The position numbers and the translations under genes were made by a program. This document shows, one piece after another, positions 28,863-39,664 of a DNA stretch of 50,203 nucleotides (its first letter is position 1; the number at the start of each line of letters is the position of its first letter). Below the pieces are notes generated by a model. The model worked only from the letters and a program-made list of their open reading frames with translations. It ran no database searches and was not told where the DNA came from. This stretch comes from a bacterium (GTDB taxonomy: Bacteria; Elusimicrobiota; Elusimicrobia; UBA1565; UBA9628). The stretch lies in contig JAJXTZ010000001.1 in NCBI GenBank assembly GCA_021783355.1, positions 1 through 50,203 on the forward strand. Reading direction: 5' to 3'.

Positions 28863-30644
28863 CTAGAGCGGGACGGCGCCCGGGCGCTGGAAGCGCCGCG
28901 CCAGCTCGTCGCGGTTCAAGGCGAGCATCGCGCGCCGGCCGTGCGGGCAGCAGGAGCCGTCCTGGCAGTCCTTCAGGCGGTCGAGCAGGGCGTAGGCCTC
29001 GTCTTCCCCCAGCCGGTCGTGCGCCTTGACGGCCGCCTTGCAGGCGACGGTGGCGATCGCGTCGTGGCGCAGGGCGGCGGCCTCGTCCACGGGGTCGGAC
29101 AGCGAGTCCACGACGCGGTGGATCAGCTTCTTGACGTCCTCCGCGGCGGTGAACACCGCGGGGATGGCGGTGACCTGGAGGCCGTTGCGGCCGCGCGGCT
29201 CCACGTCGAAGCCCAGGCGGCGCAGGCGCTGGGCCTTCTCCAACACCATGCGCGCGGCCGAGGCGGGCAGGTCCACGGGCACGGGGAGCATCAATTTCTG
29301 GGACTTGGCCCCGCCGTGCTCGAGCTCCGCGCTCAGGGTCTCGAAGAGGATGCGCTCGGCGGCCGCGTGCTGGTCCAGGATGAACAGGCCGCCGTTGGCC
29401 TCGAAGAGCAGGTAGCTGCGCTCGATCTGGCCCAAGTAGCGGTACGGGGGCGTGTACCAAGCCGGCGCGCCCTCGGGCGCGGACAGGGCCACGGCGGGGC
29501 CGAGCTTGAGCTGCCCGAACTCGTCGGGCAGCAGCGCGCGGCCGCCCAGGTAGTGCGGCGCGGGCCCGGGCTCGGCGACGACGGAGGCGGTCTCCGGCGC
29601 CGTGTCGACGGCGGCCGTCTCGACGACGATGGGGGCGGCGGCCTTGGCCTTGGCCAGCGCGGACGCGGCCAGACCGGAGACCACGCCGAAGAGCTCGCCT
29701 TCGTTCTTGAAGCGCACCTCGCGCTTGCCCGGGTGGACGTTCACATCGAAGGCGTCCGGGGGCAGCTCCAGCGCCGCGACGCAGACCGGGTGGCGGCCCG
29801 ACGGACGCTCGCCGTAGGCCTTGTAGAGCGCCTGCTGGAGCAGGCGCGAGGAGACCGGGCGCCGGTTGACGAAGAAGTACTGGAACGCGCGCGAGGACGG
29901 CATCTTGTCCGCGGGGCTGACCAGCAGGCGCAGGCGCAGGCCCGGGCGCTCCGCGTCCACGGGCAGCAGGCCTCCGGCCAGCTCGTCGCCCAGCACCGCG
30001 GCCGCGCGCAGGTCGAAGTCCTGGAACGCCTCGCCGGTGTCCTCCGGGTCGAAGCGCAGGACCGGGCGGCCCTCGGCCTTGTAGGTGAAGCGCACCTTGG
30101 GGTTGGCCAGCGCCGCCTCCTCCACCACGGCCGCCAGCTTGCCGCGCTCGACGCCCGGGGACTTCAGGAACTCACGGCGCGCGGGGGTGGAGTGGAACAG
30201 GTCGCGCACCAGCACGGTGGTGCCCGGGATCGCGGGAGCCGGACCGTTGCTGATCTTGAGGCCGTCGGCGGTCACGCGCCAGCCCGTCTGCGCGCCGCGC
30301 GTCGAGCTGGTGACCGTGATGCGCGCGACGGCGGCGATGGCGTAGAGCGCCTCGCCGCGGAAGCCGAAGGTGGCCAGCCGGTCCAGGTCCTCGAAAGCGG
30401 CGATCTTGCTGGTGGCGTGGCGGCCCAGGCAGGCCTTCACGTCCTCGGCGTCCATGCCGGCGCCGTCGTCGGAGACCCGCAGGGACTCCACCCCGCCGCC
30501 CATCGCCTCCACGGCGATCCGGGCCGCGCCCGCGTCCAGCGAGTTCTCGAGCAGCTCCTTGAGCATCGAGGCCGGCCGCTCGACCACCTCGCCGGCGGCG
30601 ATGCGGGAGTAGACGTCCTCGGGCAGGGACTTGATCGCGGGCAT
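28863..30644 (-). CDS. mutL: DNA mismatch repair protein MutL
   Basis: MPAIKSLPEDVYSRIAAGEVVERPASMLKELLENSLDAGA is the GHKL N-terminus. C-terminal dimerisation region with CPHGRR. Internal start within ORF 28863-30971. Confidence 0.95.
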   Translation of the reverse strand: MPAIKSLPEDVYSRIAAGEVVERPASMLKELLENSLDAGAARIAVEAMGGGVESLRVSDDGAGMDAEDVKACLGRHATSKIAAFEDLDRLATFGFRGEALYAIAAVARITVTSSTRGAQTGWRVTADGLKISNGPAPAIPGTTVLVRDLFHSTPARREFLKSPGVERGKLAAVVEEAALANPKVRFTYKAEGRPVLRFDPEDTGEAFQDFDLRAAAVLGDELAGGLLPVDAERPGLRLRLLVSPADKMPSSRAFQYFFVNRRPVSSRLLQQALYKAYGERPSGRHPVCVAALELPPDAFDVNVHPGKREVRFKNEGELFGVVSGLAASALAKAKAAAPIVVETAAVDTAPETASVVAEPGPAPHYLGGRALLPDEFGQLKLGPAVALSAPEGAPAWYTPPYRYLGQIERSYLLFEANGGLFILDQHAAAERILFETLSAELEHGGAKSQKLMLPVPVDLPASAARMVLEKAQRLRRLGFDVEPRGRNGLQVTAIPAVFTAAEDVKKLIHRVVDSLSDPVDEAAALRHDAIATVACKAAVKAHDRLGEDEAYALLDRLKDCQDGSCCPHGRRAMLALNRDELARRFQRPGAVPL

Positions 30645-33262
30645 CAGGCCTTCTTCTTGAGCGCGTTCAGCGCCTGCAGGGCCTCGAGCGGCGTCATCGT
30701 CTCGGGGTTGAGGAGCTTCAGGGTCCTCAGGACCGGGTTCTCCTCGAAGAGGGGCAGTTCCATCGGGGCGGACCCGCCGCAGCCCCGGCCCGCCAGGCGG
30801 CCGGAGGCGGACTCGTTTTCCAGGCGGCCCAGGATCTCGCCGGCGCGCGCGATCAGCCCCGCGGGCAGGCCCGCGAGCGCGGCCACGTGGATGCCGTAGG
30901 AGCGGTCGGCGGGGCCCGCGCCGATCTTGTGCAGGAAGACCACCTCGGTCTGGCCCTCGGCGTTCGTCCATTCCTTGACCTCGACGTTGCCGTTGACCAC
31001 GCCGGGCAGGGTCTTGGCCAGCTCGGTCAGCTCGAAGTAGTGCGTGGCGAAGAGCGTGCGCGGGCCGCGCGGCTTGGTCTCGTCGGACGCGGCGCCGGAG
31101 GCCGCGTAGGCGCCGTGCAGGTGCTCCAGGACGGCCCAGGCGATCGAGATCCCGTCGAAGGTGGAGGTGCCGCGGCCGACCTCGTCGAGCACGACGAGCG
31201 AGCGGGCCGTCGCCGAGCGCAGGATGTGGCTGGTCTCCTTCATCTCCACCATGAAGGTGGAGTCTCCCTGCGCGAGCGCGTCCTGCGCGCCGATGCGCGT
31301 CAGGATCTTGTCCACGACGCCCACGCGCGCGGACTTGGCCGGCACGAAGGAGCCGACCTGGGCCATCAGCGCGATCAGAGCGTTCTGGCGCAGGTAGGTG
31401 GACTTGCCCGACATGTTGGGGCCGGTCAGGACCAGGATCTGCGGGTCGCGCGCGTTGAGGGAGAGGGAGTTGGGCACGAAGGTCCCCGGCGGCAGCAGCG
31501 CGCAGAGGACCGGGTGGCGGCCCTCGACGATCTCCAGGTCGTGGGTCAGGTCCACCTTGGGCTTGACGAAGTCGTGGCGCGCGGCGGCGTCGGCCAGGGC
31601 CTGGAACACGTCCAGCTCGGCCAGGAGCTCCGCCAGGCGCAGCAGGACGGCGTGGCTCTCCAGCGCCGCCTCGCGCAGGTCGTCGAAGAGGCGCGCCTCC
31701 AGGCGCAGCATCTTGTCCTCGGCGGACAGGATGCGGGCCTCCAGCTCCTTGAGCTCGGGCGTGATGTAGCGCTCGGCGTTGGTCAGCGTCTGCTTGCGCG
31801 CGTAGCGCGCCGGGGCCTTGGCCGCGTGGGCCTTGGTGATCTCCAGGTAGTAGCCGAAGACCGAGTTGTAGCCGGCCTTGAGCGTGGGGATGCCGGTGGC
31901 CTGGCGCTCGCGCTCCTCCAGCTCGCGCAGGACCTGGTCGGAGTCGTCCTTGAGGCGGCGCAGGGCGTCGAGCTCCTTATGATGGCCGGGGCGGATCAGC
32001 CCGCCGTCGGAGAGCTTGGCCGGGGGCTCGTCGGCCAGCGCGGAGGCCAGCAGGTCCTTCAGCGGCGCCGCGCCGCGCGCGGCCTCGGCCAGGTCCGCGG
32101 CCAGGTCGGTCAGGCCCGAGGCGAAGGCGGTCTCGGCGATCCAGCGCTCGAGCTGCGGCAGGCGCGCCAGCGACCGGCGCAGGGCGCCCAGGTCGCGCGG
32201 GCCGGCCTGGCGGGTGGCCAGGCGGCCGACCACGCGCGGCAGGTCGGCGATCTCCTGCAGGAGCCGCCCCAGGGCCTGGCGCGCGTCGGGCTTGTCGAGC
32301 AGGTCCTCCACGCAGTTCTGGCGGTGCTCGATCTCGCGCAGGTCGGTGGACGGGTGCAGGAGCCAGGTCTTGAGCTTGCGGCTGCCCATCGGCGTGCGGC
32401 CGCCGTCGAGCAGACCCCACAGCGTGTGGCGCTTCTCGCCGGAGGCGGCGTCGACCAGCTCCAGGGTCCGGATCGCGGTGTCGTCGAGCTGCATGACCGC
32501 CCCGGCCTCGCGGTAGGCGGGCTCGGGCAGCTCGCGCAGGCGGAAGCGGGCCGCGTCCACGTAGCGCCGCGCGGAGAGCGCCGCCTTCAGCGCCAGGCCG
32601 CGGTTCTTCCACGCGGCGCTCTCGGCCCAGGCCGGAGTCTTGCCGCCCGGGGCCGGAACCTCCAGGGTCAGGCAGGTCTTGGCGGGCAGGACCTGCCTCA
32701 GCCACAGCGCCGAGGCGGCCTCGCCCGTGCAGATCACCTCGGCCGGGCGCGCGCGCGCCAGCAGGTCGTACAGGCGCCGGTGATCGCGGTCGTTCAAGGC
32801 CTGGGTGGCCCAGGACTCGCCGGTGGAGACGTCCAGGCAGGCGGCGCCCCAGCCCACCAGGTCGTGCTCGACGGCCACCAGGAAGTTGGTCGCGGTCGGG
32901 TCCAGCAGTTCGTCCTCGACGACGGTCCCCGGAGTCACCACGCGGACCACGTCGCGGCGCACGATCTTCTTGGTCTTCGACGGCTCCTCCATCTGCTCGG
33001 CGACCGCGATCTTGCGGCCAGCGCGCAGCAGGCGCGCCACGTAGTTCTGCGCGTTGTGGAAGGGCACGCCGCACATCGGCACGCCCTGGCGCTGGGTCAG
33101 GACCAGGCCCAGGACGGCGGAGGCGTCGCGCGCGTCGTCGCCGAACAGCTCGTAGAAGTCGCCCAGGCGGAAGAAGAGCAGCGCGTGCGGGTGCCGGGCC
33201 TTGAGCTCCTGATACTGCCGCATCACCGGGGTGTCTGGGAGGGCGCTCTCCGTCGAGGACAT
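30644..33262 (-). CDS. mutS: DNA mismatch repair protein MutS
   Basis: TPVMRQYQELKARHPHALLFFRLGDFYELF, Walker A GPNMSGKST, and STFMVEM. TAGAAT (33270-33275, minus strand) lies 7 nt upstream of the ATG. Confidence 0.95.
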   Translation of the reverse strand: MSSTESALPDTPVMRQYQELKARHPHALLFFRLGDFYELFGDDARDASAVLGLVLTQRQGVPMCGVPFHNAQNYVARLLRAGRKIAVAEQMEEPSKTKKIVRRDVVRVVTPGTVVEDELLDPTATNFLVAVEHDLVGWGAACLDVSTGESWATQALNDRDHRRLYDLLARARPAEVICTGEAASALWLRQVLPAKTCLTLEVPAPGGKTPAWAESAAWKNRGLALKAALSARRYVDAARFRLRELPEPAYREAGAVMQLDDTAIRTLELVDAASGEKRHTLWGLLDGGRTPMGSRKLKTWLLHPSTDLREIEHRQNCVEDLLDKPDARQALGRLLQEIADLPRVVGRLATRQAGPRDLGALRRSLARLPQLERWIAETAFASGLTDLAADLAEAARGAAPLKDLLASALADEPPAKLSDGGLIRPGHHKELDALRRLKDDSDQVLRELEERERQATGIPTLKAGYNSVFGYYLEITKAHAAKAPARYARKQTLTNAERYITPELKELEARILSAEDKMLRLEARLFDDLREAALESHAVLLRLAELLAELDVFQALADAAARHDFVKPKVDLTHDLEIVEGRHPVLCALLPPGTFVPNSLSLNARDPQILVLTGPNMSGKSTYLRQNALIALMAQVGSFVPAKSARVGVVDKILTRIGAQDALAQGDSTFMVEMKETSHILRSATARSLVVLDEVGRGTSTFDGISIAWAVLEHLHGAYAASGAASDETKPRGPRTLFATHYFELTELAKTLPGVVNGNVEVKEWTNAEGQTEVVFLHKIGAGPADRSYGIHVAALAGLPAGLIARAGEILGRLENESASGRLAGRGCGGSAPMELPLFEENPVLRTLKLLNPETMTPLEALQALNALKKKA

Positions 33263-33286
33263 GGGAAGGATTCTAGCAATTTACGG

Positions 33287-34132
33287 CTACAGCTCGAAGA
33301 CGACGGAGAGGTCCGCGTAGTGCGTCTTTTGGGCGAAGAACTGGCCGTACGGCGAGTGCCCGGTGAAGTAGCCGGCCTGGACGCGCAGGGAGCGGGTCGG
33401 GTTGCGCCGGAAGCCGAACCGCACGCCGGCCACCGTGTGCGAGTCCAGGTTCCACTGCACGCGCTGGTGCGACTGCAGGTCCTCGCCCAGGAAGAGGCGG
33501 ATGGGGGCCTGCTTCGACCAGCCCAGGTCCGGCGAGGTTAGTTCGAACCCCGTCTCCAGGGTCCAGCGCTTCGTCGCCGGGATGCGGTGGAGCAGCCACT
33601 CGCCGCCGCCGTAGAGGCGCACCCAGGGCCCGGCGTCCAGCGACGCCAAGCCGCTCAGGCCCTCGGTGGAGTACCGGTAGCCGGTCTGGCCGGTGCGCCG
33701 GATGTAGTCGTCGCCGAGGTGGGAGCTCTCGTGGAAGAGCGCGCCCTTGAAGGCGATCCCGCCGCGGCGCACGGTCAGCGGGAGGTCGGCGAAGAAGTCC
33801 ACGGTCTCGAACTCGTTGATGCCGCCGCCCAGGCGGAAGCGCGAGTAGGCCATGCCCTCCACGTCCGTCTCCCACAGCCACTCGAGCATGCTCCCCGAGC
33901 GCCAGCGCGTCATGCCCCAGGAGTGGCCCAGCGCGATGTCGGAGGTGTTCTGCCCGTCGAGGCGGTAATAGGACGCGGAGAGCTGGATCTGGCGGGGGTC
34001 GGCGATCAGGCGCGGGAAGATCTCGTTGGGGCGGGGGAAGAGGTCCAGATCGGCGCCGCGCGCGGGCGCCGGGCGCGCGGCGAGCCAGACGGCGGCCAGC
34101 AGGCCCGCGGCGAGGCTAGTTCTTCGCGGCAA
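33287..34132 (-). CDS. DUF1207-family exported (outer-membrane-type) protein
   Basis: Signal peptide, then FPRLIADPRQIQLSASYY...FHESSHLGDDY, recalled as the DUF1207 pattern, ending in an aromatic-rich C-terminus VVFEL. TTG start overlapping tlpA by 17 nt, so the start is uncertain. Confidence 0.65.
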   Translation of the reverse strand: MPRRTSLAAGLLAAVWLAARPAPARGADLDLFPRPNEIFPRLIADPRQIQLSASYYRLDGQNTSDIALGHSWGMTRWRSGSMLEWLWETDVEGMAYSRFRLGGGINEFETVDFFADLPLTVRRGGIAFKGALFHESSHLGDDYIRRTGQTGYRYSTEGLSGLASLDAGPWVRLYGGGEWLLHRIPATKRWTLETGFELTSPDLGWSKQAPIRLFLGEDLQSHQRVQWNLDSHTVAGVRFGFRRNPTRSLRVQAGYFTGHSPYGQFFAQKTHYADLSVVFEL

Positions 34133-34637
34133 GGGCGTCTTCGACGTCCTTGCGCAGGGCCGGGATGTCCTTCTCGCCGAACCAACGCTTGAGCACGGAC
34201 CCGTCGCGCCCGATCAGGTAGGCCGACGGCAGACCGGGCACCACCCAGCCCTTGGGCGGGCGCTCGCCGGGGTTCAGGATCACCGGGTAGGAGATCGGCT
34301 GTCTCTGCTCGAAGCGCTTGACCGCCTTGGCGCCCTCCTCGTCCATCGAGACGCCGAGGATCTGGAAGCCCTTGTCCTTCAGGGAGTCGTTGAGCTTGAC
34401 GAGGTCCGGGATCTCCTCCTGGCAGGGGCGGCACCAGGTGGCCCAGAAGTCCACGAGGACCACCTTGCCCTTGTAGTCGGTCAGGGAGGCGGTCTTGCCG
34501 TCGGCGGTCTTGCCGGAGAGGGCCGGGGCCGGCTCGCCGGGGTTTCGGGGCGGCAGGGAGGCGGGGCCCTGCGCGGAGATCAGGTAGACCAGGACGGCGG
34601 CCACGGCCACGGCGGCGACGGTTCCGAGTTTTCTCAT
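34116..34637 (-). CDS. TlpA/ResA-family periplasmic thiol:disulfide oxidoreductase
   Basis: N-terminal anchor plus [18 protein letters not shown], a thioredoxin-fold WCxxC motif. Confidence 0.85.
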   Translation of the reverse strand: MRKLGTVAAVAVAAVLVYLISAQGPASLPPRNPGEPAPALSGKTADGKTASLTDYKGKVVLVDFWATWCRPCQEEIPDLVKLNDSLKDKGFQILGVSMDEEGAKAVKRFEQRQPISYPVILNPGERPPKGWVVPGLPSAYLIGRDGSVLKRWFGEKDIPALRKDVEDALAAKN

Positions 34638-34642
34638 GGGAG

Positions 34643-35380
34643 TTAGAGGGCGAGGCGAGTGAGATTGCGCGGCAGGAAGCGGATCAGCCAGGTGAGCCGG
34701 TCGGAGAAGATCAGCACGCCGATGGCCACCAGCAGGGCCCCGGCGAAGACCTCGCCGGCCCGGATGTAGCGCTTGTAGCGGGCGAAGAAGCGCAGGAAGC
34801 CCCCGACGGCGAAGCCGGTCAGGATGAACGGCACGCCCAGGCCCATCGAGTAGACGAAGAGGAGGCGCATGCCCGCGCCGACGGTCTCGCGCGTGGCCGC
34901 GAGCGCCAGGATGCCGGACAGGATCGGGCCGATGCAGGGCGTCCAGCCGCAGGCGAAGGCCAGTCCCATCAGGAAGGAGCCCAGATAGCCGGACTTGAAC
35001 GCTCCGGCGTCGGCGCGCTTCTGCCTATAAAGGACGGGGATGGTGATTGCGCCGGTCATGTGCAGGCCGAAGAGGATGATGACGGCCCCGGCGATCTTGG
35101 TGACGACCGGCATGTGCCAGGTCAGGAACGCGCCCACGGCCGAGGCGGTGGCGCCCAGGGCCGTGAACACCGTGGAGAAGCCCAGCACGAAGAACAGGGA
35201 CTCCCAGCCCGCGTGGCGGAAGGTCTGGCCCGGTTTGGCCCCGGAGGAGAGCTCCTCCAGCGAGAGCCCGGACATGAAGGAGACGTAGCCGGGGACCAGC
35301 GGCAGGACGCAGGGCGACAGGAAGGACGCCACGCCCGCCGCGAAGGATGCCCCGTAGCCGATCGTGTCCGCGTGTCCCAT
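34643..35380 (-). CDS. ccdA: CcdA/DsbD-family transmembrane electron (thiol) transporter
   Basis: [13 protein letters not shown] and WTPCIGPIL are the two conserved Cys-containing helices of CcdA. Confidence 0.85.
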   Translation of the reverse strand: MGHADTIGYGASFAAGVASFLSPCVLPLVPGYVSFMSGLSLEELSSGAKPGQTFRHAGWESLFFVLGFSTVFTALGATASAVGAFLTWHMPVVTKIAGAVIILFGLHMTGAITIPVLYRQKRADAGAFKSGYLGSFLMGLAFACGWTPCIGPILSGILALAATRETVGAGMRLLFVYSMGLGVPFILTGFAVGGFLRFFARYKRYIRAGEVFAGALLVAIGVLIFSDRLTWLIRFLPRNLTRLAL

Positions 35381-35464
35381 GACCCCTCCAGTCTAGCATT
35401 TCGGCCTCCGCGGTCCGTCATGACGGCTCCCCGGGCGCCACTCATCAGTGTTATGATGACCAGG

Positions 35465-36559
35465 ATGATGACAGCGACCCTCGCGCTGCTGCTCGCGGCG
35501 CTGCCGGCGGCCTGCGCGCGCGCGGCCGACCGGCCCGTCAAGACCAAGGAGAAGACCGTGAGCGAGTACAAGAAGCCCTCCCGCGAAGAACTGAAGAAGA
35601 CCCTGACCCCCGAGCAGTTCGCGGTCGTCTGCAACGCCGGCACCGAGCCGGCGTTCCACAACGCGTTCTGGAACAACCACGCGGCCGGCATCTACGTGGA
35701 CGTGGCCAGCGGCGAGCCGCTGTTCTCCTCGCTGGACAAGTTCGACTCCGGCACCGGCTGGCCCAGCTTCACCAAGCCCATCGACCCGGCGGGCTTGGTG
35801 GAGAAGAGCGACTTCTCCTACGGGATGCGGCGCGTGGAGGTGCGCTCCAAGCGCGCCGACTCGCACCTGGGCCACCTCTTCGACGACGGCCCGGCGCCCA
35901 CGCACCAGCGCTTCTGCATCAACTCCGCGTCCCTGCGCTTCATCCCGGTGGAGGAGATGAAGGCCGAGGGCTACGGGAAGTACCTGCCGCCGTTCGAGGC
36001 GGCCGGCCTCTTCCCGGTCAAGAAGAAGGAGAAGCTCGCGCCCGAGACCGTGGACCTGGCCGGCGGCTGCTTCTGGGGGCTGGAGCACATCCTGCGCAGC
36101 ATCCCGGGCGTGATCTCCACCGTGGTCGGCTACGAGGGCGGCACCGGGAAGAACTCCACCTACGAGCACCACCCCGGCGACGCCGAGTCCGTGCGCGTGG
36201 TCTACGACCCCGCGAAGCTCCCGTTCGAGGTCCTGCTGCGCTGGTACTTCCGCATGCACGACCCGACGACGCTGGACCGCCAGGGCAACGACGCCGGCAC
36301 CTCGTACCGCTCCGCGATCTTCTACCACACCGAGGAGCAGAAGCTGACCGCCGAGCGGGTCAAGGACCTGGTCGCGCGCTACGGCCAGTGGGGCGCGCCG
36401 GTCGTCACCCAGATCGTCCCGGCCAAGCCCTTCTGGAAGGCCGAGGACTATCACCAGGACTACCTGGAGAAGCACCCGAACGGCTACACCTGCCACTTCC
36501 TGCGCCCGGCCTCGGTGCTGGGGGACTGGCCCGATCGGAGCTTCCCGCCCGGCACCTGA
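35465..36559 (+). CDS. exported bifunctional methionine sulfoxide reductase MsrB-MsrA
   Basis: Signal peptide [20 protein letters not shown]. MsrB part: [15 protein letters not shown]...GWPSFT...RFCINSASL. MsrA part: [11 protein letters not shown]...YHQDYL. Start 7 nt after TATGAT 35452-35457. Confidence 0.9.
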   Translation: MMTATLALLLAALPAACARAADRPVKTKEKTVSEYKKPSREELKKTLTPEQFAVVCNAGTEPAFHNAFWNNHAAGIYVDVASGEPLFSSLDKFDSGTGWPSFTKPIDPAGLVEKSDFSYGMRRVEVRSKRADSHLGHLFDDGPAPTHQRFCINSASLRFIPVEEMKAEGYGKYLPPFEAAGLFPVKKKEKLAPETVDLAGGCFWGLEHILRSIPGVISTVVGYEGGTGKNSTYEHHPGDAESVRVVYDPAKLPFEVLLRWYFRMHDPTTLDRQGNDAGTSYRSAIFYHTEEQKLTAERVKDLVARYGQWGAPVVTQIVPAKPFWKAEDYHQDYLEKHPNGYTCHFLRPASVLGDWPDRSFPPGT

Positions 36560-36576
36560 AAATATATCATCCGGGC

Positions 36577-37989
36577 ATGATCACGGCCAACGAGAAGACC
36601 CGGACCGAGACGGACACGATGGGGGAGATCCCCGTCGCACGCGACCGCTACTGGGGCGCGCAGACGCAGCGCTCGCTGCACCATTTCCAGGCCGGCGCCG
36701 GCCGCGACACGCTGACGCGGGAGATGATCCGCGCGCTGGGCGTGCTTAAAAAAGCCGCCGCGCAGGCCAACGCGGAGCTGGGCCTGCTCCCCAAGGACAA
36801 GGAGGCCCTGATCGTCGCCGCCGCCGACGAGGTGATCGCGGGGACGCTCGACGCGCATTTCCCGCTGGTGGTCTGGCAGACGGGCTCGGGCACGCAGTCC
36901 AACATGAACGCCAACGAGGTCATCTCCAACCGCGCCATCGAGATGGCCAAGGGCGAGATGGGCTCGAAGAAGCCCATCCACCCCAACGACGACGTCAACA
37001 AGTCCCAGTCGTCGAACGACACCTTCCCGACGGCGATGCACATCGCCGCGGCCGAGACGGTGGTCCGCCAGCTGATCCCGGCGGTGAAGGGCCTGCGCGA
37101 CGCCCTGAAGAAGAAGTCGGCCGAGTTCGCCCGGATCGTCAAGATCGGCCGCACCCACTTGATGGACGCCACGCCCTTGACCCTGGGCCAGGAGATCGGC
37201 GGCTGGGCGGCGATGCTGGACCACGATCTGGAGCGCCTGGACGCCGTCCTGCCCGGGCTCTACCGGCTGGCGATCGGCGGGACGGCGGTGGGCACCGGCC
37301 TCAACACGCACCCCGACTTCGACCAGAAGGCCAGCGCGCGCATCGCCGTGCTCACCGGCCTGCCCTTCGTCCCCGCGCCCAACAAGTTCGAGGCGCTGGC
37401 CGGGCACGACGCGCTGGTCTTCGCGCACGGCGCGCTCAAGACCCTGGCCTGCTCGATGAACAAGATCGCCAACGACGTGCGCTGGCTGGCCTCCGGCCCG
37501 CGCGCCGGCCTGGCGGAGCTGCGCCTCCCGGAGAACGAGCCCGGCTCCTCCATCATGCCGGGCAAGGTCAACCCCACGCAGAGCGAGGCCGTGACCATGA
37601 TCTGCGCGCAGGTCCTGGGCCACGACGCGGCGATCAACATCGGCGGGGCGTCGGGCAACTTCGAGCTCAACGTCTTCAAGCCCCTGATCATCCACGACTT
37701 TCTCTCCTCGGCCCAGCTCCTGGCGGCCGGGATCAAGGGTTTCACGGAACATTGCGCCGTCGGCATCCAGGCGGACGAAGCCCGCATCGACGAGCTGATG
37801 CGCCGCTCCTTGATGCTGGTGACCGCGCTCAACACCCACATCGGCTACGACAAGTCGGCCAAGATCGCCAAGACGGCGCATGCCGAGGGCACGACTCTCA
37901 AGGAAGCCGCTCTCAAGTTGGGCTACCTGACGGAAAAACAGTTCGACGAGTGGATCCGCCCCGAGAAGATGACGGGGCCCGGGCTATGA
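36577..37989 (+). CDS. fumC: class II fumarate hydratase
   Basis: [11 protein letters not shown]...[16 protein letters not shown] is the fumarate lyase signature. TATCAT lies 6 nt upstream of the ATG. Confidence 0.95.
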   Translation: MITANEKTRTETDTMGEIPVARDRYWGAQTQRSLHHFQAGAGRDTLTREMIRALGVLKKAAAQANAELGLLPKDKEALIVAAADEVIAGTLDAHFPLVVWQTGSGTQSNMNANEVISNRAIEMAKGEMGSKKPIHPNDDVNKSQSSNDTFPTAMHIAAAETVVRQLIPAVKGLRDALKKKSAEFARIVKIGRTHLMDATPLTLGQEIGGWAAMLDHDLERLDAVLPGLYRLAIGGTAVGTGLNTHPDFDQKASARIAVLTGLPFVPAPNKFEALAGHDALVFAHGALKTLACSMNKIANDVRWLASGPRAGLAELRLPENEPGSSIMPGKVNPTQSEAVTMICAQVLGHDAAINIGGASGNFELNVFKPLIIHDFLSSAQLLAAGIKGFTEHCAVGIQADEARIDELMRRSLMLVTALNTHIGYDKSAKIAKTAHAEGTTLKEAALKLGYLTEKQFDEWIRPEKMTGPGL

Positions 37990-38651
37990 GCGACTCGGAC
38001 CAGCTCCCGCTCATCCGGCGCATCGCCTCGGTGGTGGGCCACGAGCTGAGGAACCCCCTGGCCGTCATCAACAACTCGGCCTACTTCGTGCGCGCGAAGC
38101 TGGGGCAGACCGGCCTGGACCCGAAGGTCGAGAAGCACTTGAAGATCATCGAGTCCGAGATCGCCCGCGCCGACGGCCTGATCGGCGACATGCTGACCTA
38201 CTCGCGCGCCTACGAGCCCCAGCTGGAGAACAAGGACTTCGACGAGGAGGTCAAGGCGGCCGTCGCGGCTTACGCCGCCCCCGTGGGCGGCAAGGTGGAG
38301 CTCAAGCTCGGCGCCAAGGGCGCGTCGGTCCGGGCGGACGCCAAGGCCCTGGCCCTGTCGGTCAAGCGCCTGCTCGACAACGCCTTCTCCGCGCAGGAGG
38401 ACAAAGGCACGGTCAAGGCCGCCACGGGGACGGACAAGTCCGGGGTCTTCCTGACGGTGACGGACTCCGGGACGGGCGTGGACGCCAAGGTCAAGGACAG
38501 TCTCTTCGAGCCCTTCGTCACCACCAAGCCGCGCGGCCTGGGCCTGGGGCTGTCGCTGACGCGCAAGCTCCTGGGCGCGGCGGGCGGCGAGGTCTCCTTC
38601 CAGTCCGGGCCGAAGGGCTCGACCTTCAAGATCTTCCTGCCGAAGGCCTGA
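37986..38651 (+). CDS. soluble histidine kinase core (HisKA + HATPase_c only, 221 aa)
   Basis: H-box [14 protein letters not shown]-box LLDNAFSA, G1 TDSGTGV and G2 GLGLGLSL. No transmembrane or sensor domain. ATGA overlap with fumC and a 1-nt overlap with trpD. Confidence 0.85.
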   Translation: MSDSDQLPLIRRIASVVGHELRNPLAVINNSAYFVRAKLGQTGLDPKVEKHLKIIESEIARADGLIGDMLTYSRAYEPQLENKDFDEEVKAAVAAYAAPVGGKVELKLGAKGASVRADAKALALSVKRLLDNAFSAQEDKGTVKAATGTDKSGVFLTVTDSGTGVDAKVKDSLFEPFVTTKPRGLGLGLSLTRKLLGAAGGEVSFQSGPKGSTFKIFLPKA

Positions 38652-39664
38652 TGGACTTCCCCGGCGCGTTGAAGGCGGTCCTGGAGGGCCGCCCGCTCTC
38701 CCGCGCCGAGGCGCGCGCCGCGATGGGCGCCCTGCTCAAGGGCCGCGCCACCGACGCGCAGGCCGGGGCGTTCCTGGCGGCCCTGCGCGTGCGCGGCGAG
38801 ACCGTGCCCGAGCTGGTCGGCTTCGCCGAGGCGATGCGCGCGGGGGCGCGGCGCGTGAGCGTGCGCCGGCGGCCGCTCCTGGACACCTGCGGCACCGGCG
38901 GCGACGGCTGCGGCACCTTCAACATCTCCACGGCGGTCGCCTTCGTGGCGGCCGGGGCCGGGGCGATCGTGGCCAAGCACGGCAACCGCGCGGTGTCCAG
39001 CCGGGCCGGCTCCGCGGACGCCCTGGAGGCCCTGGGCGTGCGCGCGGACCTGAGTCCGGCGCGCGCGGCGCGCTGCGTGGAGCGGCTGGGCGCGGGCTTC
39101 CTGTTCGCGCCGGTCCATCACCCGGGCGTCGGGCGCCTGGGGCCGGTGCGCCGCCAGCTGGGGGCGCGCACGGTGTTCAACCTGCTGGGGCCTCTGGCCA
39201 ACCCGGCCGGCGCGCATCGCCAACTCCTCGGCGTGTACGCGACGGCGCTGGTCCGTCCGGTGGCGGAGGCCTTGAAGGCCCTGGGCGCGGAGCGCGCGCT
39301 GGTGGTGTCCTCGCGCGACGGCCTGGACGAGGTCTCGCTGTCGGCTCCGACGGTCGTCGCGCGCCTCTCCGGCGGGCGCGTGAGGGTGGAGACGGTGCGG
39401 CCGGAGGACGCGGGCCTGCGGCGCCGGCCGCTGTCCGCGCTCAAGGGGGGCGACGCGAGGCGCAACGCGGCGATCATCCGCGCGGTCCTCTCCGGCCGGC
39501 CCGGCGCCGCGCGCGAGGTGGTGCTCCTCAACGCCTCGGCGGCCCTGCAGGCGGCGGGCCTGGCCCGGGGCTGGCGCGACGGCGTCTTGCTCGCCGCGGC
39601 CTCCGTGGACTCCGGCCGGGCGCGGGGCGTCCTGTCGGCGCTGGCCCGGGAGACCCATGCCTGA
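38651..39664 (+). CDS. trpD: anthranilate phosphoribosyltransferase
   Basis: DTCGTGGDGCGTFNISTAVAFVAAGAG..VAKHGNRAVSS is the TrpD signature. Confidence 0.9.
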   Translation: MDFPGALKAVLEGRPLSRAEARAAMGALLKGRATDAQAGAFLAALRVRGETVPELVGFAEAMRAGARRVSVRRRPLLDTCGTGGDGCGTFNISTAVAFVAAGAGAIVAKHGNRAVSSRAGSADALEALGVRADLSPARAARCVERLGAGFLFAPVHHPGVGRLGPVRRQLGARTVFNLLGPLANPAGAHRQLLGVYATALVRPVAEALKALGAERALVVSSRDGLDEVSLSAPTVVARLSGGRVRVETVRPEDAGLRRRPLSALKGGDARRNAAIIRAVLSGRPGAAREVVLLNASAALQAAGLARGWRDGVLLAAASVDSGRARGVLSALARETHA

